DNA of 64,000 nucleotides. Source: an uncultured Erysipelotrichaceae bacterium (GTDB lineage: Bacteria; Bacillota_I; Bacilli_A; RFN20; CAG-826). Position 1 is the first letter of the stretch; every line of letters starts with the position of its first letter. Location: NCBI GenBank assembly GCA_902785645.1, contig CACZZG010000001.1:17224-81223 (forward strand). The letters run 5' to 3'. Positions 37,428 through 46,422 of this stretch are shown in pieces. The translations under genes and the position numbers were made by a program. The notes under the pieces were generated by a model. The model did no database searches. It saw only the letters and a program-made list of their open reading frames with translations, and had not been told where the DNA came from.

Positions 37428-37443
37428 TTTTGCGGGATTTTTT
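37428..37443 (+). promoter_or_regulatory. Candidate operator-like motif TTTTGCGGGATTTTTT, followed by AGCGAAAATATCG
   Basis: Shares TTTTGCGG-N-ATTTTT with 34839-34856. The adjacent GATTTTTT/GAAAATATC is an imperfect inverted repeat. Confidence 0.2.
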
Positions 37444-37584
37444 AGCGAAAATATCGTGTTTTTTGCAAAATGTTTTATTGTTTTTCAATTTTGTGTGTTG
37501 AAAGTAATAATAAAGTCTCCTTGTTAACATATGCGCGTTGTGGTATATTTTTAAATACTTTAAAAAGGGAAGGAAAGAAAGAAC

Positions 37585-38628
37585 ATGCTTAAGTACTCAC
37601 TTAAAAGAATTGTCTTAGCGTTAATTACAGCGTTCATTATCTTGACGCTCACTTTCTTTTTGGTCAAATCCTTACCACCTAGAGGAGTCTTCTCACCAGA
37701 TGAAAACGTCAGATACGCTTTCTATGTTGATCAAGTCAAATTAGGTTACTGTTTGGATATGCCAGTAGAAACGCCATCGCTAGGCAAATATCTAGAGTCG
37801 TTTACAATTGGTTCGACGACACATTATTTCTATACAAAACCAATTATTGACCAATATTTCTCATGGATTGGCAATATCGTTACTAAATGGGATTGGGGTA
37901 GAAGTACCGTTATTGAACCTAACTCATCCGCGATGGTGATTATCGCCACACGTTTACCAGCATCTATTTCTATTAACATCGTTTCCGTTGTTATTTCTGT
38001 TCCTTTGGGTATTGCTTTAGGTATCTTAGCAGGCTTAAAGAAAAATACCTGGATTGACCATACCATTTCAACATTAGTCATGGTCTTTATTTCCATTCCT
38101 TCCTTCGTCGTTATCACATTTATGATTTATATTTTCGCTTATAAGAGCGGTCTATTGCCCACGATGTGGCCAACACCAGACCAATCTAATACAGTGAAAG
38201 CCTTAGCATTCATTATTCCTGTTGCTTCATTATCATTTGGTTCTGTCTGTGGTTACACCAGATTCGTCAGAGCGGAATTATGTGAAGTCATGTCTAGTGA
38301 ATACTTATTATTAGCTAGAACAAAAGGTTTAACCAAAAACCAAGCTATTGTTCGTCACGCATTAAGAAATGCATTCGTCCCAATTCTTCCATCTATTTTG
38401 GCGGAATTCATTGGAATTTTCGGTGGTTCTATGATTCTTGAGAACTTATACGGTATTCCAGGTATTGGTGACTTATATATTCAAGCATTAAATCAAAACA
38501 ATCCTGACTATAACGTCTTGATGGTTGATATGGCTGTTTTTACCACAGTTGGTTTATTAGCTGGTATCATCCTCGACTTATCATATGGATTCATTGATCC
38601 AAGAATCAGAATGGGGGAAAAGAAATAG
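37585..38628 (+). CDS. oppB: Oligopeptide ABC transporter permease OppB
   Basis: Six TM helices. EAA-loop region 'LLARTKGLTKNQAIVRHALRNAFVPILP'. Confidence 0.9.
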   Translation: MLKYSLKRIVLALITAFIILTLTFFLVKSLPPRGVFSPDENVRYAFYVDQVKLGYCLDMPVETPSLGKYLESFTIGSTTHYFYTKPIIDQYFSWIGNIVTKWDWGRSTVIEPNSSAMVIIATRLPASISINIVSVVISVPLGIALGILAGLKKNTWIDHTISTLVMVFISIPSFVVITFMIYIFAYKSGLLPTMWPTPDQSNTVKALAFIIPVASLSFGSVCGYTRFVRAELCEVMSSEYLLLARTKGLTKNQAIVRHALRNAFVPILPSILAEFIGIFGGSMILENLYGIPGIGDLYIQALNQNNPDYNVLMVDMAVFTTVGLLAGIILDLSYGFIDPRIRMGEKK

Positions 38629-38629
38629 T

Positions 38630-40765
38630 ATGTTAGAAGATAAAGATTTCGAATTCGTTACTAATGAAGATACTAATTCTCAAGAACCTGAGATCAGTGA
38701 AAAAGACTTCGAATTAGTGCAAGTGGATGCGACAGTTCATGAACAAAAGTTCCAAACTCGTCCAACCACATTCTTCAAGGACTCTATTAAGAGATTCTCT
38801 AAAAATAAATCATCCGTCGTCGCAGGATTTATTTTAGGTGGCTTATTGTTATTATCATTTATTGTTCCTTTAGCGGATAGAAGTGACACGAAACACCCAC
38901 ATCCAAACGAAACATATTTAGCCCCTAAATTATTTAACGCTGGAACCGGATGGTGGGATGGCACAGTGAAATATAAGAATATCGCTGTCGATATTTCTTC
39001 TATGCCTGACGCTAAAACAGATGCTGAAAAACAAGAATATTGGTGGCCATCCGCAACAAAATTCCCGCAACATAGTGCCATTAGCAAAAAGAAATTCACC
39101 GATGAGACATATACAAACGATGCCACAAACTTCGGTGGTGAAAGCTATGGCAAAGAAGGCTATATCCAATTTGGTTATACCCAAGTCGTGCAAAAAGATA
39201 CTTTAGTGGATTTTTCATCCATGAGATTAAATAGCTTGGATTTAACTGATGATTTAACTCTTTCTGTCTTTGACGTCTACGATATGGATAAAGTCCATAT
39301 TCAAGAAGGCAAAAACGATTTAGAAAAACCAGAAAACTATGTTTTAGGTGATTGTGCTTTGTATTTCAACTATGTTGAAGCTAATACATTAACCGGTGAA
39401 TTAGAACATAAAGAAGTTCAACTTCTCGATTATAAAGCCACACATAATATTGGTAGTGCGATTGAATCATTAAGAGAAGATCCAATCGTGGTTAGCAATA
39501 TCATCAAAACTGAAACTGGTAAGACATCATTTGATAATGCTTATTTCTCCGTTCGTATGAACGCAGTGGGCGAACAAAATGTCTGTACATTAATTAGAAG
39601 CATTAAATTTGAAACAGCATCAAGCGATGAAGCTATCAAAACATATGTTGATGATATTTCATTCATCGATGCGACAAAATGTGTCATTAAGAAAGCTGAA
39701 GACAAAGGTTATTGGAGTAGTACAGGTGTTAAACGTATCTTCTTATCCAAAGCTTACTTCTGTTCATTTGTCTATGACACATATGAAGCCGCATTTGGTG
39801 AAAGAGTGGATAATGGTTTCTCTATCATTACCTTACTTGAATACAAAAAGAATGGTTGGATTTCCTTGGAAGGTTTATCCATCGGTGGTGGTACAACATT
39901 CGTCTTTAAGCCACATCAATTCAAATGTGAAATCTTAGATAGCAAGAAATGTCCATTATCACGCGCTGTGACATTAGATGATTTCTCTGGTTATGATCCA
40001 AACATCGAAACCCAAATCATCGACTCATCCAAATTAAAAGTGGCCGCGCATATTTATAAATATAAAGAACTCGGCTATTCAAGCATGCCAAGATACTTAT
40101 TTGGCACAGATAAATCTGGTAAAGACATGTTTAAATATGTCTTTGAAGGTTTAAGAACTTCCTTATTATTAGGTGTTCTCACATTCGTGGTCTGTTTCTT
40201 ATTCGGTCTTGTTTGGGGTGCTATCTGTGGTTACTTTGGTGGCACAGTCGACTTAATCATGGAAAGATTTACCGATATTTTAGCCGGTGTCCCATGGATT
40301 GTTGTTATGACCTTAATTATTATCCATTTAGGTAGTAACTTCTGGACATTCGCTTTAGCGTTATGTATGACGGGTTGGATTGGTACTGCTGCGCGTACTA
40401 GAACCCAGTTCTATAGATTTAGAGGTCGTGAATATGTTTTAGCCTCACGTACCTTAGGTGCATCTGATGCTAGATTAATCGCCAAACACATCTTGCCTAA
40501 CGCATTAGGCACAATTATTACTGGTTCTGTCTTAATGATTCCAAGCGTTATCTTCTCTGAAGCCACAATTTCATATTTAGGCTTAGGTTTGAAGAACGTC
40601 TCTTCATTAGGTGTTATCTTGTCTGATAACCAATCAGAATTATTAACCAGTTCATACCTACTTATTTTCCCTGCGGTCGTTATCGCCTTAGTGATGATTT
40701 CATTTAACTTATTCGGTAATGGCCTTAGAGACGCAATTAACCCAAGTTTGAAAGGAGAAGAATAA
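38630..40765 (+). CDS. oppC: Oligopeptide ABC transporter permease OppC with an approximately 430 aa extracytoplasmic insert after TM1
   Basis: The ATG at 38630 follows the oppB stop, so the ORF-track start at 38585 overlaps oppB and is rejected. The C-terminal 270 aa are the canonical permease ('LASRTLGASDARLIAKHILPNALGTII'). Confidence 0.85.
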   Translation: MLEDKDFEFVTNEDTNSQEPEISEKDFELVQVDATVHEQKFQTRPTTFFKDSIKRFSKNKSSVVAGFILGGLLLLSFIVPLADRSDTKHPHPNETYLAPKLFNAGTGWWDGTVKYKNIAVDISSMPDAKTDAEKQEYWWPSATKFPQHSAISKKKFTDETYTNDATNFGGESYGKEGYIQFGYTQVVQKDTLVDFSSMRLNSLDLTDDLTLSVFDVYDMDKVHIQEGKNDLEKPENYVLGDCALYFNYVEANTLTGELEHKEVQLLDYKATHNIGSAIESLREDPIVVSNIIKTETGKTSFDNAYFSVRMNAVGEQNVCTLIRSIKFETASSDEAIKTYVDDISFIDATKCVIKKAEDKGYWSSTGVKRIFLSKAYFCSFVYDTYEAAFGERVDNGFSIITLLEYKKNGWISLEGLSIGGGTTFVFKPHQFKCEILDSKKCPLSRAVTLDDFSGYDPNIETQIIDSSKLKVAAHIYKYKELGYSSMPRYLFGTDKSGKDMFKYVFEGLRTSLLLGVLTFVVCFLFGLVWGAICGYFGGTVDLIMERFTDILAGVPWIVVMTLIIIHLGSNFWTFALALCMTGWIGTAARTRTQFYRFRGREYVLASRTLGASDARLIAKHILPNALGTIITGSVLMIPSVIFSEATISYLGLGLKNVSSLGVILSDNQSELLTSSYLLIFPAVVIALVMISFNLFGNGLRDAINPSLKGEE

Positions 40766-42540
40766 TGGAAAAGAACAACAAAGAAGTCATCTTGTCCGTT
40801 AAGGACTTATATGTCAATTTCTCCACAGACCACGGTTATGTGCAAGCTGTTAGAGGTGTTTCATTTGATTTATATAAAGGTGAAACATTATGTATCGTTG
40901 GTGAATCTGGTTCCGGTAAATCTGTTACCAGTAAGACCATCATGGGTATTTTAGCCGCGAACGGACGTATCGTCGGCGGTTCCATCATGTATGAAGGTGA
41001 AGACTTAACTAAAGTTAGTGAAGATGAATTCCATCGTATCAGAGGTCATAAGATTGGTATGATCTTCCAAGATCCATTATCGTCTTTGAACCCAATCATG
41101 CGTATTGGAAAACAAATCACCGAAGCTATTTTAATCAATAGTTCTCATTTAAAGAGAATGTATAACGATTTAGTGAGTGAAGAATTAGTCGCTTATAAGA
41201 ATGCGATTACCGAACTCAATAATGGTATCAACACCAAGAAAGAAAAAGTTAAATTCTTAAAATCCGAGAAGAAAAAAGAAATCGCGAAGATTAAAAACAA
41301 CGCGAAGAATGAAGCGGATGGAAGAATTTATGGTTTAGAACAAGACTTTGGCTTAGAAAAAGTCACTCTTAAACATGAGTTCGAAGTGGCGGTTGTCGCA
41401 TTAGATGAAAAATTAAAGAGTGAACAAATTTCTAAAGAACAATACGATGTAGAAGTCGCAGAATTAAATAATAAACACGACGAAAAGCTCAAAGATGTTA
41501 CCGCGAAATTCCAAGCTAAAAAGGCGGAAATTAGACAACAAGCCAAAGATGAAACAGAAAAAGCCAAACAACAACTTGATAGTGTAAAGGCTAATTATGA
41601 CGCACAAATTAAAGTGGCTAACGAAGAAAAGAAAGCCGCAAAAGTGGAATTAAAAGCCAAATATAAACCAATTATTGCTGAAACTAGAGCTGCTTATTTA
41701 GCGAAATCTAAAGAAGCTAAGGCTAAAGTTAATGAAATTAAAAAGCAATATAAAGATGAATATTTAAAAGAAGTTAATGAAATTAAGTCCAGAAATGGCT
41801 CAAAAGAAGAACTTAAAGAAGCAAGATCTAAATATGTCTCTAAATTAAGAGTGACCCGTGCTGAAGCAAAAGCTAGAGCTCTTAAGGTTATGGAGGAAGT
41901 TGGTATTCCAAATCCTGAAACTAGATTCAAACAATATCCATTCGAATTCTCTGGTGGTATGAGACAAAGAATCGTTATTGCGATTGCTTTAACCGCCGAT
42001 CCAGATATCTTAATCTGTGACGAACCAACCACCGCATTGGACGTTACCATTCAAGCGCAAATCTTAGAGTTAATTAACCGCTTAAAAGCGGAAAGAAACA
42101 TTTCATGTATCTTTATTACCCACGACTTAGGTGTTGTTGCTAATATGGCGGACCGTGTCGCGGTTATGTATGCTGGTAAGATCGTGGAATATGGTACAGA
42201 AGAAGAAATCTTCTATGATCCACGTCACCCATATACTTGGGCTTTATTATCATCCATCCCTGATGTTGATAGTAAAGAAAGACTCGACGCTATTCCAGGT
42301 ACTCCACCAAATATGATTTATCCACCTAAAGGTGATGCATTCGCTTTAAGAAGTAAATACGCGATGAAGGTCGACTTTATGAAAGAACCTCCATTCTTCA
42401 AAATTAGTGACACTCACTATGCAGCGACATGGTTACTTGACCCACGTGCACCAAAAGTGGAAATGCCTGCTATCGTTAAAGCGCGTATTGAGAATTCTTT
42501 AAAAGCGCAAAAAGCCTCTAGCCAGAAAGGAGATAAATAA
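40765..42540 (+). CDS. oppD: Oligopeptide ABC transporter ATPase OppD with an approximately 230 aa Lys/Glu/Ala-rich insert
   Basis: The ATG overlaps the oppC TAA by 1 nt. Walker A 'GESGSGKS', Q-loop 'MIFQDPLSSLNP', signature 'FSGGMRQR', Walker B 'ILICDEPTTALD'. The insert lies between the Q-loop region and the signature motif. Confidence 0.9.
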   Translation: MEKNNKEVILSVKDLYVNFSTDHGYVQAVRGVSFDLYKGETLCIVGESGSGKSVTSKTIMGILAANGRIVGGSIMYEGEDLTKVSEDEFHRIRGHKIGMIFQDPLSSLNPIMRIGKQITEAILINSSHLKRMYNDLVSEELVAYKNAITELNNGINTKKEKVKFLKSEKKKEIAKIKNNAKNEADGRIYGLEQDFGLEKVTLKHEFEVAVVALDEKLKSEQISKEQYDVEVAELNNKHDEKLKDVTAKFQAKKAEIRQQAKDETEKAKQQLDSVKANYDAQIKVANEEKKAAKVELKAKYKPIIAETRAAYLAKSKEAKAKVNEIKKQYKDEYLKEVNEIKSRNGSKEELKEARSKYVSKLRVTRAEAKARALKVMEEVGIPNPETRFKQYPFEFSGGMRQRIVIAIALTADPDILICDEPTTALDVTIQAQILELINRLKAERNISCIFITHDLGVVANMADRVAVMYAGKIVEYGTEEEIFYDPRHPYTWALLSSIPDVDSKERLDAIPGTPPNMIYPPKGDAFALRSKYAMKVDFMKEPPFFKISDTHYAATWLLDPRAPKVEMPAIVKARIENSLKAQKASSQKGDK

Positions 42541-42542
42541 TT

Positions 42543-43775
42543 ATGAGTATTTTTGAAAAACGCTCCGTTAGTTATCGTCCTGAACTAGTGGAAAACAATA
42601 TTGAATTATCCGTCAGACATTTAAAGCAATTCTTTAAATTCGGTCACGGTAAGAACGCTTTTATCACTAAAGCGGTCCATGACGTTTCCTTTGATATTAA
42701 AAAAGGTGAATGTTTCGGCATCGTCGGTGAATCCGGATGCGGTAAAACCACAACTGGTAGAAGTTTGATTAGACTATATAACATTACCTCTGGTTCTGTT
42801 TACTTTAAGGGATATCGTATTTCCGCAGGAAAAAGATGGAACGAAAAAGAAATCAAATGGACGAGAATTAGAGGCGAAAGAAAAATCGTCGAACTCAAAA
42901 GAGAACTTAAAGAAAGAATCAAAGTTTTAAGTGACTCCGAAGGTAGCCAAGATTTATTAGAAAGCGAAATCGCTAAACTCAATGAATCTTATGGAAAACA
43001 AATTAAGGATATTAAGGATAATATCGCTCGAGTCACTAAAGAACAAAAAGAAATCATTAAACAAATTAAATACGACAACTCTCATGTCGATAAGAAATTA
43101 ATGAGCAAGATGCAGATGATCTTCCAAGATCCTGTTGATTCCTTAGACCCACGTATGACCGTTGAAGATATTATTCAAGAAGGTCTACATATCCAAGGTC
43201 AATATAATAAGTTTGAAAATTCACAAAAAGTGAAAGAAGCTTTAATTAAGGTTGGCTTATTACCAGAATATGCTTCTCGTTATCCACATGAATTCTCTGG
43301 TGGACAAAGACAACGTATTGGCATCGCTAGAGCCTTAATTATGAATCCAGACTTCCTCATATGTGACGAACCTATTTCGGCGCTTGACGTGTCTATTAGG
43401 GCCCAAATTATCAATTTATTGAATAATTTAAAAGAGGAGATGGGCTTAACCATCATGTTTATCGCTCACGACTTATCCGTTGTTAAGTATTTCTGTGATA
43501 GAATCGCGGTTATGTATTTCGGTAAAATCGTTGAACTCGCAAGTAGTGATGAATTATTCAAACACCCATTACACCCATATACACGTGCGTTATTATCTGC
43601 GATTCCAAAGCCAGACCCATATACTGAAAAGAAGAGAAAAAGATATGTCTATGTTCCAAGTAAAGAACACGACTATTCTAAAGAACTTCCTCAACTCGTG
43701 GAAATCACTCCTGGCCACTTCGTTATGGCGAATACGGAAGAGTTAGAAAAATACCGCGAACAACTTAAGAAATAA
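42543..43775 (+). CDS. oppF: Oligopeptide ABC transporter ATPase OppF with an approximately 90 aa charged insert
   Basis: Walker A 'GESGCGKTT', Q-loop 'MIFQDPVDSLDP', signature 'FSGGQRQR', Walker B 'FLICDEPISALD'. The insert lies between Walker A and the Q-loop. Confidence 0.9.
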   Translation: MSIFEKRSVSYRPELVENNIELSVRHLKQFFKFGHGKNAFITKAVHDVSFDIKKGECFGIVGESGCGKTTTGRSLIRLYNITSGSVYFKGYRISAGKRWNEKEIKWTRIRGERKIVELKRELKERIKVLSDSEGSQDLLESEIAKLNESYGKQIKDIKDNIARVTKEQKEIIKQIKYDNSHVDKKLMSKMQMIFQDPVDSLDPRMTVEDIIQEGLHIQGQYNKFENSQKVKEALIKVGLLPEYASRYPHEFSGGQRQRIGIARALIMNPDFLICDEPISALDVSIRAQIINLLNNLKEEMGLTIMFIAHDLSVVKYFCDRIAVMYFGKIVELASSDELFKHPLHPYTRALLSAIPKPDPYTEKKRKRYVYVPSKEHDYSKELPQLVEITPGHFVMANTEELEKYREQLKK

Positions 43776-43782
43776 AACATGA

Positions 43783-43817
43783 AGCGACATCCAGTGTGAT
43801 GTTGCTTTTTGTTTTTT
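43783..43817 (+). terminator. Rho-independent terminator of the opp operon
   Basis: Stem AGCGACATC / CAGTGT / GATGTTGCT followed by TTTTTGTTTTTT. Confidence 0.8.
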
Positions 43818-43886
43818 AAATTAAAGGAAAAATACTGTATAATTTGGTTGTTCCCTTTTGAAGGTTGGACACTTAAGGAGAAACAA

Positions 43887-44357
43887 ATGAAAACACTAAT
43901 CATGTTAAGCGCAGTGCCCGCTGCCGGAAAAACGACCTGGGCAAAGATGTATCAAGAAGAGCATGATAATGTCTATATCATCAATAGTGATGACGTGAGA
44001 ATGGAACTCACCAATGGCAATTATCAAGATCGTTCTAAACAAAAAGAGGTTTGGGAACTCTTCGAAAGACGCATCCATGAATATGCGAATAAAGGCGATG
44101 ATGTGACAGTCATCCTCGATGCCTTAAATGACGTCAACACTGTTAGATATAAATATCTCAGTACCACACCAGAATATGATCATAAAATATTGGTCTTATT
44201 CCCGACAACACTTGATAAATCGATGAAATTCAATAGTGCAAGAGTGTGGCCAAATAAAGTCCCAGACGATGTTCTAGTGGCCTTAAATAATAAATTCGAA
44301 CCACCATCAAGAGAAGTTCTCGATTTAGTAGATGAAGTGATCACCGTTGAGTGGTAA
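43887..44357 (+). CDS. Small P-loop kinase-like ATPase (AAA_33/polynucleotide-kinase-like)
   Basis: RBS AAGGAG precedes the ATG at 43887. Walker A 'SAVPAAGKTTWA'. Length 156 aa. Confidence 0.6.
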   Translation: MKTLIMLSAVPAAGKTTWAKMYQEEHDNVYIINSDDVRMELTNGNYQDRSKQKEVWELFERRIHEYANKGDDVTVILDALNDVNTVRYKYLSTTPEYDHKILVLFPTTLDKSMKFNSARVWPNKVPDDVLVALNNKFEPPSREVLDLVDEVITVEW

Positions 44358-44363
44358 TAAAAA

Positions 44364-44389
44364 AGCTAAGGTTTTGGGCCTTAGCTTTT
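44364..44389. terminator. Bidirectional terminator between convergent genes
   Basis: A-run, then stem AGCTAAGG / 7-nt loop / CCTTAGCT, then TTTT. Confidence 0.8.
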
Positions 44390-44410
44390 GATTTGTTTTT
44401 GTGACAATTA

Positions 44411-46408
44411 TTATTCAACAACTGTTTCTAATCTAATGATTTGAGCGGAAACTCTTAAGACAGGAACATCGCCATAATCTAGAGCTTCAAGCGCAAGAGC
44501 AAGATAAGATCTGGTTTCATAAACTGTAACGTTATCAAATTCGTCTCTTTCTTCTCTAGTTTCTACTGGGTCAATATAACCGCGTTCGTCGCTTTCATAC
44601 TTATCGGATAAATCACGGACATATTTGAACACATCAATTTCAACTTCGCGTTCTTCAAAACCAATGTCTACTAATTGTTGCTTATAAACATCGAGATCGC
44701 CTTCTTCGACATATTCGAAGGTAATTCCGAATTGTTGACAAGCAGTATCGTTGAAGTAATATTTTAACGCACTGTGATCTGCTAAGAATGGAAGATCATT
44801 TGCATAATATAAGTATTCACTTCTCTCGTATGGAGTGAAGTCATGGTTATCCACTCTTTCTTCTTTTTGTTGTTCGTAGCCTTGTAGATTGACACCATTT
44901 TCTGAAAGATAAAGATGAATTACGAATTGACGAATTGTTCTGGTTTGTGTGTATTCATCAAAATTAATTTCCTCAATGAATTTACTATAGTAGTGTTGGT
45001 TTTCATCATCTAGTGTGAATCCAGCTTCTTCAAGTTGAGCGCCATAAGAATCTATAAATTCCTCGCCCACTCCATAGAATTCGATGCCGAAACTATCGTT
45101 CCAGCCACTAAGGAAATAATACATAAATGGAGTTTGATTTGGGAATGGGAGTTCTTGGAGACGATTAACTTGGTTCTTTTCTTGGTCTGACCATTCATAA
45201 CCGGTATGCTTTGGGAAATTAGTATCTGTAAAGAATGTGATGTAGAAAATACCTTGTGGATACTCAGCGCGTGAATTGTCAAAAGATAAGTGAACGTTAG
45301 CGGACGTCACACTTGATGACCAATCTTGTGGTTCTTCCCACTCATATGTTGGATATTTTAATGCTCTTGCATAACGGCTATTTTCTCCCTCATATCTAGG
45401 ATCGAGAGTATAACCGTCATCTAATAATTGTTGAATATAAGAAGCAGCAATATCACCGGTATTAACAAAACCAACTTTGAAATAAGATGCTTCACCATCT
45501 TTATAAGCATTATTTAAATTATCAACAAAGTAGTATTTATCACCTTGTGTAGGGAATGGAATTTCTTTGAGTTTACTCTTCTTACTGACAGATGTTTCAT
45601 ACCATTTGGCTTCTGTCCAGTTTGTGGCGCATTCAAAAGCGTCTTGGAGTTCTGGAAGTTGTTTAACTTTACCGAAGTTAGAGAAAACAGCACCAGAGAC
45701 TTGTAGTTCATTATCCTTAATATCAGGAATTAATCTAAAGTCATCCATGTTGTTATAAATTCTTAATGTTAAAGAATTATATAAATCGCCACTTCCTTCA
45801 AGATTATCCAATAATGCGTATTGGTTTCTCATTTGTAATGATGTGGTGGTAAATTCAGAAACTGTTCCATCATTGCTTTTATAAGTCCAATCATCAGAAG
45901 TGAATGATAACTTGATTTTTAAATTTTCAACAATTTGTAGTGATTCTGCTAAAGAATTAGTCTTTTTGGCATAGCCAACCATTCTAAATTCTTCGCATTC
46001 ACGACGATTCTTTCTTTGTAAAGCTTTAACACCATCTTCTGCGGCTAAATAACCGATTGAAGCCATATAGTCATCTTTGTCATAGTAATAAGAATATGGA
46101 TATTCTTTAATGAATAAATTATCAGCGATATAGTATGACGCATCATTATTCCAATAAGAAGTAAGGTTGATTGTGTAATCGCCATTACTTACTAAACCAA
46201 AAAGTCTAGCTAATTCTTCTTTGGCTTCTTGTTCTCTCACTTCTGGTGGGACAACTGGAGCTTCAGAACTTGATGATTTTTCTTCTTCACCAGAAGACTC
46301 GCTGCTTGGCGCAGGTTCTTCACTTGAAGATGGTTTTGGAGCTGGCTTACAGGCTGTAGCGATAAGTAATAGTGGTAAAAGACCAATAATAAGTTTATTT
46401 GTTTTCAT
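44411..46408 (-). CDS. Large lipoprotein with three internal repeat modules of roughly 100 aa
   Basis: RBS AAGGAGG and lipobox 'ATAC'. Repeated units are 'LKEIPFPTQGDKYYF...YIQQLLDDGYTLD', 'LQELPFPNQTPFMYYF...YGAQLEEAGFTLD' and 'ANDLPFLADHSALKYYF...YKQQLVDIGFEE'. Confidence 0.7.
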   Translation of the reverse strand: MKTNKLIIGLLPLLLIATACKPAPKPSSSEEPAPSSESSGEEEKSSSSEAPVVPPEVREQEAKEELARLFGLVSNGDYTINLTSYWNNDASYYIADNLFIKEYPYSYYYDKDDYMASIGYLAAEDGVKALQRKNRRECEEFRMVGYAKKTNSLAESLQIVENLKIKLSFTSDDWTYKSNDGTVSEFTTTSLQMRNQYALLDNLEGSGDLYNSLTLRIYNNMDDFRLIPDIKDNELQVSGAVFSNFGKVKQLPELQDAFECATNWTEAKWYETSVSKKSKLKEIPFPTQGDKYYFVDNLNNAYKDGEASYFKVGFVNTGDIAASYIQQLLDDGYTLDPRYEGENSRYARALKYPTYEWEEPQDWSSSVTSANVHLSFDNSRAEYPQGIFYITFFTDTNFPKHTGYEWSDQEKNQVNRLQELPFPNQTPFMYYFLSGWNDSFGIEFYGVGEEFIDSYGAQLEEAGFTLDDENQHYYSKFIEEINFDEYTQTRTIRQFVIHLYLSENGVNLQGYEQQKEERVDNHDFTPYERSEYLYYANDLPFLADHSALKYYFNDTACQQFGITFEYVEEGDLDVYKQQLVDIGFEEREVEIDVFKYVRDLSDKYESDERGYIDPVETREERDEFDNVTVYETRSYLALALEALDYGDVPVLRVSAQIIRLETVVE

Positions 46409-46422
46409 GTTCTTTTTCCTCC

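Noticed and set aside
37428-37460. Calling the A/T-arm inverted repeat upstream of oppB a CodY box.
   Set aside because: At best 9 of 15 positions match AATTTTCWGAAAATT, and the arm spacing is wrong. It is reported only as an unassigned shared motif.
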